DNA of 64,000 nucleotides from NCBI GenBank assembly GCA_965198225.1, contig CBDAOY010000009.1, forward strand, positions 1,120,001-1,184,000. The letters run 5' to 3'. Below are positions 9,993 to 19,674 of the stretch, piece by piece. The position numbers were made by a program, and so were the translations under genes. Position 1 is the first letter of the stretch. Each line of letters begins with the position of its first letter. Source of the DNA: Terriglobia bacterium (lineage in GTDB: Bacteria; Acidobacteriota; Terriglobia; 20CM-2-55-15). The notes below the pieces were generated by a model. That model did not search any database, was not told the DNA's origin, and saw only the letters and a program-made list of their open reading frames with translations.

Positions 9993-12887
9993 CTATTTGG
10001 CCTCACTCCATGGTTCCAGACCCAGGCGGTCGAAGAAAGCAGCGAAGAGATCCATTTCTTCGGGCGTTGCGCGGACCTGCAGGGCGACACCCGGCTCCTG
10101 CAGCCGGAGCGAGCGGACCATACGGTCCAACAGGTCCATCTTGCGGTATTCCGGTCGGACGCCGTAACTGAGCAGGACCCGGATGAGCTCCCGTCGGTCG
10201 AGCGCGACATATCCGACCACGATAGGGTGCCGCGTGGCCGATACGCCGATTCCCGCGATCCAGACTTCGGTTCCCCGGTCCTCTTCACGTACTCGAGACC
10301 ATGTCGGCCGGAGGTCCGCTGGGAGCCGGGAGGCGGCGACCTCGGGCGACGCCGTCGTCCAGTGGACCTCCAGGATCAAGCCGAGGCTGTCCTCACAGTA
10401 ATGTTGAAAACTCGGGCTGTGAGTCCCGATCAGGATGGGCCAGTTTCGCCGGAACGACGGCGCAGAGGCCCAGCGACTGAACAGGTTCATCCAACCCCGG
10501 TTGAAGGGATGTTCGCGGTTGTGACCCCTGTCGAGTCTCAATGCGATGAACACGTTTTCCATGAAGTTGAGCTGCTGGCCGCACAGGTGGAAGACACGAT
10601 CCGTGTCGGACGAACCCGTCGAGGCGGCATCGACCTCCTTCTCCGGGTAGATCTGGTGGCAATAACCCGCCACACTCGGGTCGTCGAATTCTCTTTCCAG
10701 TCGGCTGAGCTCTTCCTGGAGGCGTACGAAGACGTCTTCGAGAGGCCCGCGCGGACGTAGTGGCGGACGAAGCGCGGTGAACCACGCCGCTATACTTTCC
10801 GGATCCTGCTCATCGAGATAGTTGGACGGGTTGCGCAACTCGCACAAGTCCCGGGCGACCTTGTACCCGAGCGCCCTGTAACACTCGAATTGCGCCTCAT
10901 CGAAGAACTGGTCCGCGGTCGACTGGTGCGGAAACGACGGGTGCGCCCGGCGGTAGGTCTTGATGTACTCGTTCTCATTGCCGGTGAGCGATGCCTTGAT
11001 GTAGAGCAGGTACCCCACTTCGTCTTCGGAATACCGGATCTTTCCGAGCGCCCAGGACATCCGGCTCAGACCATCGTCGTCTTTGGCCAGGTCGCTCAGG
11101 TCGATCTCGATGTCGAACCCCCAGTCGATCCGGGCAAACCGGATCGCGCGGGCAAGAGAGTGGAACCGGTGGTTCGGGTCGGCTTCGGCATCGCAGGCGA
11201 CGATGAACTTGCAACGCCGCTCGAGCAGCCCGTACAGGCCCAGGTTCTCGACGTGTCCGCCGTCGGACACGTTCACGTAGCTGCGACTCGCGTTCGGGCC
11301 GCTCCACATCTCCCGGAGCAGGTACCTCGGACCCGGACCCGATTCGTAGCGCGGGTTCCACCAGGCGCCAGCTTCGCTGAGGTGACGCGGATTCGGGAGC
11401 CAGTAGCCCAGGCGAACGTTGAGCAACGTCATGATGAAGACCAGCGAGGGAATCGTCGTCATCCCCATGTTTGGGCTCGCCGCGGCGGCGGCAATCGCCA
11501 TCGCAGTACCGAGATTGACCTTCGAGTCGTGACGCTCGAGCACCTCGGTCGCGCAGTAACCCGTCCGGCGACTGCCGCAGAAGTACTTGGAGAATGTAAA
11601 AGGCTCGGAATTCCTTCCCCGCAGCGAAAGGTCGGAGCTCCCCTGAAGGTTCAACGTGGCGTTGACGAGGTGGTACGGGCCTTGTGACCCCAGTTTCGAC
11701 AGCTTTTGTTCGTCGTTCTGAGGAGGGTCTCCCTTGGAACTCGGCCACCACCGGAACAGGTACGCTTTGCTCAGGCGATCCCGATAGAACATCAGCATCG
11801 ATGTCGCGTTGGCATCGAAGCCGATGTAGTTCCACAGGAACAGCACCGCGGCGATCCACACCGCAAAGAAAACTCTCCCTGGATACTGAATCAAGTATCG
11901 CGCGATGTGGACGTACATCAGCAGCAGCACAAGCGGCCCGAGAAAACCCAGAACGTAGAGGGCAACCTTCCCGCCCAGAGTAGCGACCTGCTCGGCCGCC
12001 TTCCCGGCGCCCAACGTCGGCAGCAGGAGAGCCACAACGCCTCCGACGGCCTCCAGGTGCCCCCACTCGAGTCTGTCGTAGAGGACCACTAACGCTGGCA
12101 GGGATACGAAGGCGGCAACGCCACCCACCGCGGCAAGAGCGTAGGCCCAGAACCGCTGGGTGGCGTCCCGCTGAATCCAGCCTTCCGCACGGACGGATAC
12201 GGTAGCGACGGCGGCCAGGGCAAAGGCGGCGAGTGCCCCCGCCGGTGCCCACTTCAGCCAGACGGGCCAGGCGGACAGAGAAGCGATATCGGGACCTGCC
12301 AGCGCCATAATTACCGCAGCCAGGATCACAGCGGGGAGCACTACCGAGAGGTTCACGATAACCCCCCGGAGCAGCAGTGCGGGTATACGCAAGTTGTCCC
12401 AAACGCCTTTGGGCGCGAGATAGTTCGAGAAGTTGCGCAACTGACGAATCGCGGCCGACTCTTCCTGCCCCTGGACGTGTGCGAAGGGGAAGTTCGGTCC
12501 CCAGTGGACGTCGGGCGGAGTCTCCCCGGAGCCATTGTCCGAGCTGCCGTTGACGATGGCGGACAGACTGCCTCCTACATAGCCCCCTCCCGAGACGGTG
12601 GAGAGGTAGTCCGCGTGGCGAAGGAGGCCGTACTGAGAAAGGGCCTGGAGCACACCCAGATTGAAGGTCGCCGACCGAATACCACCACCTGAAAAGGCGA
12701 GGCCAACCAGAGAATGGTTCGACGTTGGTTCGGGCGAGGAATCCGGCAACGGGAAACGGGTTCCGGTGTTCCCGTTGAACAGGGTTCTCCGACGCTGGCG
12801 AATATCCTGAAGTTCCTTCGCGTAGACCTGCGCGTGCGAGGAAGGAAAGCTCGAAGATGACGTCGGGTCGGCGTGCTCGTCGCTCAT
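9993..12887 (-). CDS. membrane-embedded patatin/cPLA2-like phospholipase with C-terminal extension
   Basis: Oxyanion GLAFSGGGIRSA, nucleophile elbow STVSGG, catalytic SDGGHVENLG; block of several TM helices between the Ser and Asp motifs. Confidence 0.85.
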   Translation of the reverse strand: MSDEHADPTSSSSFPSSHAQVYAKELQDIRQRRRTLFNGNTGTRFPLPDSSPEPTSNHSLVGLAFSGGGIRSATFNLGVLQALSQYGLLRHADYLSTVSGGGYVGGSLSAIVNGSSDNGSGETPPDVHWGPNFPFAHVQGQEESAAIRQLRNFSNYLAPKGVWDNLRIPALLLRGVIVNLSVVLPAVILAAVIMALAGPDIASLSAWPVWLKWAPAGALAAFALAAVATVSVRAEGWIQRDATQRFWAYALAAVGGVAAFVSLPALVVLYDRLEWGHLEAVGGVVALLLPTLGAGKAAEQVATLGGKVALYVLGFLGPLVLLLMYVHIARYLIQYPGRVFFAVWIAAVLFLWNYIGFDANATSMLMFYRDRLSKAYLFRWWPSSKGDPPQNDEQKLSKLGSQGPYHLVNATLNLQGSSDLSLRGRNSEPFTFSKYFCGSRRTGYCATEVLERHDSKVNLGTAMAIAAAAASPNMGMTTIPSLVFIMTLLNVRLGYWLPNPRHLSEAGAWWNPRYESGPGPRYLLREMWSGPNASRSYVNVSDGGHVENLGLYGLLERRCKFIVACDAEADPNHRFHSLARAIRFARIDWGFDIEIDLSDLAKDDDGLSRMSWALGKIRYSEDEVGYLLYIKASLTGNENEYIKTYRRAHPSFPHQSTADQFFDEAQFECYRALGYKVARDLCELRNPSNYLDEQDPESIAAWFTALRPPLRPRGPLEDVFVRLQEELSRLEREFDDPSVAGYCHQIYPEKEVDAASTGSSDTDRVFHLCGQQLNFMENVFIALRLDRGHNREHPFNRGWMNLFSRWASAPSFRRNWPILIGTHSPSFQHYCEDSLGLILEVHWTTASPEVAASRLPADLRPTWSRVREEDRGTEVWIAGIGVSATRHPIVVGYVALDRRELIRVLLSYGVRPEYRKMDLLDRMVRSLRLQEPGVALQVRATPEEMDLFAAFFDRLGLEPWSEAK

Positions 12888-13189
12888 GGCGTGCTCCACG
12901 ATGCGGGCCCGACGTCCTGTTCGAACCAAATCTTGTTGAAAACGAGATCTATCCTACACCAATCGGTTACTGCTAGCCGTTTCCGAACTAGAGTCGGTTC
13001 CTACTCGGGACCCTTAAGCGAACTAAGAAGCCCTCGCGCTTGCGATTCGGCTCATGAGGGCCCCGTCGACTGTCCAGTCCGAATGCTGCTCCTCGAGCTG
13101 GTCATTGTATTCTCGCGTTATTGATCCCATCCTGAGCTATTCGACATATCTTGGCAGCGATGTCGGAGATGAAGGCTGAAATCCCATGT

Positions 13190-13210
13190 GGGGGCGCTTC
13201 GAGCGCCCCC
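13190..13210. terminator. hairpin downstream of the RCC1-repeat gene
   Basis: GGGGGCGCT-TCG-AGCGCCCCC, perfect 9-bp stem 15 nt after the stop. Confidence 0.55.
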
Positions 13211-13224
13211 GCGATGCCAGGGGT

Positions 13225-15515
13225 TCAGGGGTTGGGAACGGCGATTAGTTTTTGAGTATTGGAGCCGCCGGCCGGGAACTTCATGCCGTCGATGTGAATG
13301 AGCTTCTGCGGCGTGCTGTTGAAGTCGCCCCATACCCAGAGCGTGCCGTCCTTGTCGGCCGCCATCCGCCCGTACGCGCCGGATCCGATCGAGACTATCG
13401 GCGGCAGACCGTTCACCCGGACCGGGACGCTGCTGTCGAGGCAGTTGACAAAGACCTGGCAGCCATCGCCGAGTTGACCGTAGCCGTTGTAGCCCCACGC
13501 CCACACCGTGCCATCCGACGTGAGCGCCATGCTGCCCGTTGCTGCGGCAGCCACCTCGACGACGTCGATTAGCCCCAGCACCGGGGCGGGTTCGAAAGCG
13601 CTCGGACAGTTGGCGCTGAGATCGCAGCCATCCCCCAGCTGGCCGTTGCTGTTGTAGCCCCACGCCCAGACGGTTCCGTCATCCTTGACCGCGAGGACGT
13701 GGGCGTCGCCGCCGGCAAAATTGATGACCTCCTTCATGTTTGTCTGTTGCGGGGTCTTGTAAAGAGCGGGTGGGCTGCCGTTACCGAGCTGACCGGAGTA
13801 GTTGCTGCCCCACCCCCAAAGGGTGCCGTCGCTGGTCTGGGCCAGGCTGTACTCGGAGCCGGCGCCGAGCGCGACAACATCGCTGATCTCGACCAGGATT
13901 GGCAGATTCCTGTCGATGGTGGTGTTGTCACCGAGCTGACCGTAAAAGTTCTCGCCCCAGGCGTAGACGAGCCTCTGAGTCCCCTGGGTCGTCAGGGCCA
14001 GACTGTGAAACGGCCCTGCAGCAACCGCCAGGGCATTGCCTAGGAAGCCCTTACCGAGGCGTACCTGGACCGGAAACGGACTGGCGGGGTTCTGGTCGAA
14101 GGTGCTCCCGCCGTCGCCCAGCTGGCCCTTGGTATTGAATCCCCATGCCCAGACCCGCCCGGTTGGCGCAACCGCCAGGTTGAACTGGTTGCCGGCCGCC
14201 ATGCTCACGATCCAGGTGGGACCGTCCACCGGCCCCGGCGTGTCCCGACCGTGGAATGTTCCGTCGCCGATCCCGCCCGGTCCCCACGTCCACATCGTCC
14301 ACGGTACTTTCGAAAAGAGGCTGTACCCAGCCCCGGCGGCAACTGTTGTCACTCCCTCCAGGCCCTGAACCTCAAGGGGTTCGCGGTGAATCCACGGAAA
14401 CAGCGTCGGCATGCCGAACTGCCCCTGGGCGTTGCTGCCCCACGCCCAGATCGTGCCTTCGGTCTGAGTCGCCAGGCTGTGGTTGGCGCCCGCGCTGATC
14501 CTGGCGACGTCGGTGAGGGGGACCTGGCCGGGGTTCGGCTCGTTGTTGGGGGCGGTCGTCCGTCCGAGCTGGCCCTGGACATTGCGGCCCCATGACCATG
14601 CCGTACCATCCGACTTGAGTGCCTGCTGTGGTCCCGTCCCGCCGCGAGGCTGACGACCTTCTGAGGTAGCGGCCCCAGAGAGACTGGCACCGGGGTGTTC
14701 TTGTCGCCGAAGCTCCCATTGCCGAGTTGTCCACGCTTGTTGCGGCCCCAGGCAAAGACGTTGCCATCCGCATCGCGCGCCAGGCTGTGCCAGCCCCCGG
14801 CAGCGATTCCCGTTATCGCGCTCACGCCTTGCACCAGGAAGGGCACGGATTTCTGGATCCAGGTGCCGTCTCCGAGCTGGCCGAACTTGTTGTTTCCCCA
14901 GGCGAAGAGGGCGCCGCTCGCGTGGGCGGCCAGGCTGTGGCTGCCGCCGGCCGCGATTGCCCGGACTCCCTGGAGAAGGGTCCAGAAGTACTTGACGTAC
15001 TGCGGTCGGCTCCGGGACGTTATCGTGAAGTCTCCGAGCTGACCGGACGAGTTGTCCCCCCACGCCAGGACGTAGCCCGTGGATGTCAGGGCCATGCTGT
15101 GTTTGTCACCGGCCGCGACAGCGATCACATCGCTCAAAGGCTGGCCGTATCGGGTCACCGGCGCGGGAACGTAGCCGTTGTAACAATAAGAGTTCTGCTC
15201 CAGGCACTCGTCGCCGAGCTGGCCCTTGTCGTTCCTACCCCATGCGTAGACGGTTCCGTTCTTCATCAAGGCCAGGCTGTGACCGCCACCGGTCGTGATG
15301 GCCGCAACCTCGGTCAGATTGAGCACCTGCACCGGCACGGTGCTGTCCTGGTTGGACCCGTTGCCGAGCTGGCCCGAACCGTTTTCTCCGGAAGCCACGA
15401 CCGTACCGGGCACCTGGGCGATCCCCGGCCCGGCGGCGAACATAACCAGCAACGAGCATCCGATCAGGCAGCGGGCCTCAAATACCGTTGAAACTCTTTT
15501 CCACATCTTTGTCAT
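13225..15515 (-). CDS. secreted RCC1/BLIP-II repeat beta-propeller protein with a 1-nt frameshift near 14623
   Basis: SD AGGAGG and signal peptide; many 'AAGxxHSLAL..dGtVwaWGxNxxGQLG' repeats in ORFs 14349-15578 and 13225-15063, joined at AAGRDHS/ALKSDGTAWSWG. Confidence 0.85.
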
Positions 15516-15618
15516 CCTTCCTCCTTGATCTGTCACCATCCTAGGAAGGGGTCGCGAGGGCGAACATCGCATGTTCATGCGGTTTTTTCGACTCCGGCCC
15601 GAATTTTTCGGGACAAAT

Positions 15619-15901
15619 CCCTTGTCTTACCCGCGGTGCACCGGGAGCGAGAAACCGATTGTTCAAGGGTGTGCGGCCTCCAGAGGAATGGAGCGATGAA
15701 CTCAGGGAGAGAATGTGGCGTGCCGGGGGGATCGGGATGGGAATTACAGAGGTCAAGACCGGAAGGGCTGTCCCGCGTATGTCGGCGGCGCGTCCGATTG
15801 GAAACGGCGAATCCTCAAGGCCATGAAGACCATTCAGGAAACGACGGGTAACACGGACTGGGGGTGTGGAGCCGGGTCCAGTAGCCCTTGTCTTACCCGC
15901 G
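15619..15901. repeat. 17-bp direct repeat pair upstream of the RCC1 gene
   Basis: CCCTTGTCTTACCCGCG at 15619-15635 and 15885-15901. Confidence 0.7.
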
Positions 15902-15968
15902 TGTCGTTCGCCTGAAAAGGCCGCGGCTGCAGGCAGACCTTACCTATTGCGTCCGGGATCGGTGAATC

Positions 15969-15997
15969 TTGACATTTCCATGGAGGCACAAGAGAAT
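15969..15997 (+). promoter_or_regulatory. sigma70-like promoter with no convincing downstream CDS
   Basis: TTGACA(15969-15974)-N17-GAGAAT(15992-15997). Confidence 0.4.
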
Positions 15998-16271
15998 TCA
16001 CCTACCTCACGCCCTATCAGACCCGAACAATGACCTGCTTACAGGCGGTCGAGGAGAAAACCAATTTCTATTTCGGTTTTTTCGTGCTTCCTACTGAGGC
16101 TTTGCTCCGGGTGGCGGGGCCGGTAGGCGGCGGTGGGGACCATGCCCCCGAGACGAAAACACGCGCCCGGCCACTCTCAAGAAGCGGCTCCACAAGACTT
16201 CGATGCATTGATCGGTCCCAGAGTCCGGCGGGCAGCGATAATCGAAGTGCTCCTTTGCCGCGATTCCGCGA

Positions 16272-17348
16272 CTATCTACCCCTCGGCTCTTCATCCGGCA
16301 ACGTACCGGTCGGATCTTCCAAATGGAGCCGGCTCAAGACGGCTTTCTGGACGTGGAGGCGGTTTTCTGCGTTCTCGAGGACGGCTGAGCGGGGACCGTC
16401 GAGGACGGCGTCGGTCACGACGAGGTTGCGGCGCACCGGAAGGCAATGCATGAAGTGGGCGTTCGCGGTTTGGTTCATAAGGGCCTCGTCGACGATCCAA
16501 TCCGAATGCCGCCCGCGCAGGTTCCGTTCTTCTTCCGGGGCGTCGTATCGGGACAGTGCCCCCCAGGACTTGGCGTACACGATGGCGGCACCTCGCGCGG
16601 CACTCTCCTGGTCGTTCGAGATTCGAACGGTCCCGTTCGCCCGGCGGGCGAGCTCCTGTGCCCGGTCGATCACCATGTCGGTCAGCTCGAAACCGCGTGG
16701 GTGTGCCAGCGTCACCTCCATCCCCATGCTTGCGGTGGCCAGCAGCAACGAGTTGGTCACGGCCATCGGCAGCGGCCTTGGGTGTGGGGCCCACGTGATC
16801 GTGATCCGTCGTCCGGCGTGCCCACCCAGTAGCTCCTGGATCGTCAGCAGATCGGCCAGCGCCTGGCATGGGTGGTACATGGCGGATTCCATGTTGAACA
16901 CCGGCACGCGGGCGTGTCTCATGAAAGCAGTGAAGAGAGTGTCGCCGATGTCATCGTCGAAAGAGGCCCCGCGCGCCAGCGTACGTAGACCGATGCCACT
17001 GTAGAACCGAGACAGGACACCGACGGCTTCTTTGACGTGTTCGGCTTCGTCCCCGTCCATTCGCGTCCCGTCGCGGGTCTCCAGGCCGTAGATCATCCCC
17101 GGCTCCAGCGTTGTCACACCGGCCCCCATCTGGCGCAAGGCCACCTCGAAGGAGCAGCGGGTCCGCAGGGACGGGTTCTGGAACCACAGGACGAACTGCC
17201 GGCCCTCAAGTTCGTCGGACACGGGTTGGCGTTTGTACCGCGCCGCAGCGGCGAGAAGCTCGCGAGTTTCTTCGATCCCGATGTCGGCCAGGTTGTAGAA
17301 ATGCCGCATCGTCGATTCGTGGGCCCTGTTGCGTGCGATGGCCTTCAT
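16272..17348 (-). CDS. argF': N-acyl-ornithine carbamoyltransferase (ArgF', AOTCase/SOTCase type)
   Basis: NPSLRT, MDGDEAEH, HPCQALAD, TWAPHPRPLP, YAKSWG, MHCLPVRRN; ATG 17348 coupled to the argD stop (alternative start 17309). Confidence 0.9.
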   Translation of the reverse strand: MKAIARNRAHESTMRHFYNLADIGIEETRELLAAAARYKRQPVSDELEGRQFVLWFQNPSLRTRCSFEVALRQMGAGVTTLEPGMIYGLETRDGTRMDGDEAEHVKEAVGVLSRFYSGIGLRTLARGASFDDDIGDTLFTAFMRHARVPVFNMESAMYHPCQALADLLTIQELLGGHAGRRITITWAPHPRPLPMAVTNSLLLATASMGMEVTLAHPRGFELTDMVIDRAQELARRANGTVRISNDQESAARGAAIVYAKSWGALSRYDAPEEERNLRGRHSDWIVDEALMNQTANAHFMHCLPVRRNLVVTDAVLDGPRSAVLENAENRLHVQKAVLSRLHLEDPTGTLPDEEPRGR

Positions 17349-18541
17349 CTCAGAACACGCCGGAAGGTTTCGAGAAAAGCGTCCCATTCATCCGCCCCAA
17401 GGGTCAGCGGCGGCAACAGCCGGATGGTATTGGGCTCGGCGCAGGTGCCGACCAGCACCCCTTCCTGGAGCAAACGAGCCTGCAGCTCTTTGGCGTCCGT
17501 TCGGCACTCGACGCCGAGCAGGTAACCCAGACCGCGCACCTCCGAGACTCCGCCGACCAGGCTTTCCAGGACAGACCGCGCCTGGGCTGAGCACCTCACG
17601 ACCTGATCGATGAGGCCTTCTTCTTCGATGATGCGGTAAGTTGCGCGTATCGCCGCGGCGGCCAGTGGATTGCCCCCGAACGTCGTTGCGTGATCCCCGG
17701 GTTCGACCGTTGCCGCGAATGCCTCGTTGACGATCACGGCTCCCGCGGGAAAGCCGCCGGCCACTCCCTTCGCGGTCGTCACGATGTCGGGCTCGACCCC
17801 CCAGTGCGAGCCGGCGAACCACTTTCCGGTCCGTCCGTTGCCCGTCTGGACTTCGTCGAAGATCAGGCAGATGCCCTGGCGGGTGCAATAGTCCCGCAGA
17901 CCGCGGTAGTAGTTCGCATCGGCTGCGTAGACGCCGGCGACGCTCTGGATGGGTTCGACGATCACCGCCGCGACGCGCTCGGGATCCGGCAATTCGAACA
18001 CCGCGGGGTCGCCCATCTTGAAAAAGCGCGTCCAACCGTCCAGATTCTGTGGGAACTTATCCCGCAGCACCGGGAACCCGGAGACGCTCAGGGTGCCGAT
18101 CGTCCGACCGTGGAAGCCGCCGGACATGGAGACCACATCGCTCCTGCCGGTCGCCTTTCGAGCGATCTTTAACGCCGTTTCGCCGGCCTCGGATCCGGAG
18201 CCGCAGAAGAAGGCCGCTCGCATGCCCGGGTAGCTGTTCTCGACCAGCAGCGCGGCGGCCTCGCCGCGGACCGACGAGTAGACGGCGTTCGAGTAGAAGA
18301 CCAGTTCCCCGATCTGCTGCCGCATCTCTTCCACCCAGCGTGGATGACAGTGGCCGATCGAGCACACGGCGTGTCCCGCATAGAGGTCCAGGTACGCGTT
18401 ACCCTCGTCGTCGTAGACATAGCTGCCCTTACCACGGACGATCGACAGGGGTAGACGTATGTTCCGGTAGGTCGGCAGCGTGTAAGTGTCTTCGACCTCG
18501 CGTGACGTCCGACCTTCGATGTTGGAAGCGGATCCTGTCAT
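17345..18541 (-). CDS. argD: acetylornithine/succinylornithine aminotransferase (class III PLP)
   Basis: FHGRT, IFDEVQTGNGRTG, TTAKGVAGG, TTFGGNPLA; arg operon context. Confidence 0.9.
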   Translation of the reverse strand: MTGSASNIEGRTSREVEDTYTLPTYRNIRLPLSIVRGKGSYVYDDEGNAYLDLYAGHAVCSIGHCHPRWVEEMRQQIGELVFYSNAVYSSVRGEAAALLVENSYPGMRAAFFCGSGSEAGETALKIARKATGRSDVVSMSGGFHGRTIGTLSVSGFPVLRDKFPQNLDGWTRFFKMGDPAVFELPDPERVAAVIVEPIQSVAGVYAADANYYRGLRDYCTRQGICLIFDEVQTGNGRTGKWFAGSHWGVEPDIVTTAKGVAGGFPAGAVIVNEAFAATVEPGDHATTFGGNPLAAAAIRATYRIIEEEGLIDQVVRCSAQARSVLESLVGGVSEVRGLGYLLGVECRTDAKELQARLLQEGVLVGTCAEPNTIRLLPPLTLGADEWDAFLETFRRVLR

Positions 18542-18572
18542 AGGCTTCAGCGTGCTCGGTCCGTGGCCTGGT

Positions 18573-19646
18573 CTATACGAAGACACCCGGATACCGGAGC
18601 CCGGCGGTTTCATCCCATCCGAGGGCACAGTTGAGGTTCTGAATCGCCTGACCCGCAGCGCCTTTCCCTAGGTTGTCGATCGCGACGAAGGCGACGGCGC
18701 CACGTCCTGATGCGCCGTCGACGCCGACCACGGCCCGCGGCGTGCCCAGCACCCACCTCAGCTCCGGGGAACCGTCGACGACATCGACGAGTACTTCGTC
18801 GCCGTAGGTCCGGTCGTACAGCTGCCGAATCACCGATTCGTCCATGCCCGGAAGAAAGACCGTCACGAGAATACCCCGCGGAAGGGGAGCCGACTGCGGT
18901 ACGAACTGAAGCTGGAAGTCGTTATCCGTCTGGGTGTTCAGGAACCACTCCACCTCGAGCAGATGCTGGTGTGTGAGCGGCTTGTAGGCGCGCAGGTTGT
19001 TGACCCTTTCGGGATGATGGGTGGTGGGCACGGGCTGCCGGCCCGACCCCGACGAACCCGTGATACCGGTCAGGCACACCGGACCCGACAGCCAGCCTTC
19101 CCGCGCCAGCGGAGTGAGTGCCAGCAGGATGCCGGTCGCAAAACATCCCGGATTGGCGATGAGCCGGGCTTTCCGCAACCGCTCCCGTTCGAACTCGGTC
19201 AGCCCGTACACGAAACTCTCGAGAAGGTCCGCTGCGGCATGGGCCCGCCCGTAGTAGCTTTCGTAACCCCGGGCGTCGGGCGTGCGGAAATCGCCGGCCA
19301 GGTCCACCCATATCGTGTCGGGATAGGCGTCGACGAGCCCCGGCAGGACCTCCTGAGATTCATGATGCGGAAGGCTCAGGAAGACGATGCCGACCTCATC
19401 GAGCCGCTCGGCAGCCTCTTTCGATGTGATGAACGTCTGGTCGACGAACCCCCGCAAGTTGGGGAAGACCTCGGCGACTGGTTTGCCGGCGTCGCGGTTT
19501 GCGGTCGCCCAGCCGAGGACAAGCCCGGGGTGGACGGACAAGTAACGCATGAGCTCACCGCCGCCGTACCCGGAGGCGCCCAGGATCCCCACAGCACGTC
19601 TATGTGCGATCGGATCCGGCACACCGGTCGGGTTGCGATCGGCCAC
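18573..19646 (-). CDS. argC: N-acetyl-gamma-glutamyl-phosphate reductase
   Basis: GILGASGYGGGEL, IANPGCFAT, TGSSGSG, IDNLGKGAAGQAIQN; start approximate (GTG 19646). Confidence 0.93.
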   Translation of the reverse strand: MADRNPTGVPDPIAHRRAVGILGASGYGGGELMRYLSVHPGLVLGWATANRDAGKPVAEVFPNLRGFVDQTFITSKEAAERLDEVGIVFLSLPHHESQEVLPGLVDAYPDTIWVDLAGDFRTPDARGYESYYGRAHAAADLLESFVYGLTEFERERLRKARLIANPGCFATGILLALTPLAREGWLSGPVCLTGITGSSGSGRQPVPTTHHPERVNNLRAYKPLTHQHLLEVEWFLNTQTDNDFQLQFVPQSAPLPRGILVTVFLPGMDESVIRQLYDRTYGDEVLVDVVDGSPELRWVLGTPRAVVGVDGASGRGAVAFVAIDNLGKGAAGQAIQNLNCALGWDETAGLRYPGVFV

Positions 19647-19674
19647 GGGGGATCCTGCTTCCGGGCCGGGATGG

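Noticed and set aside
16030-17004. 324-aa plus-strand ORF and similar long antisense ORFs (e.g. 22234-23502, 25563-27431, 49064-50425)
   Set aside because: Shadow ORFs opposite well-supported genes in GC-rich DNA, with no recognisable motifs
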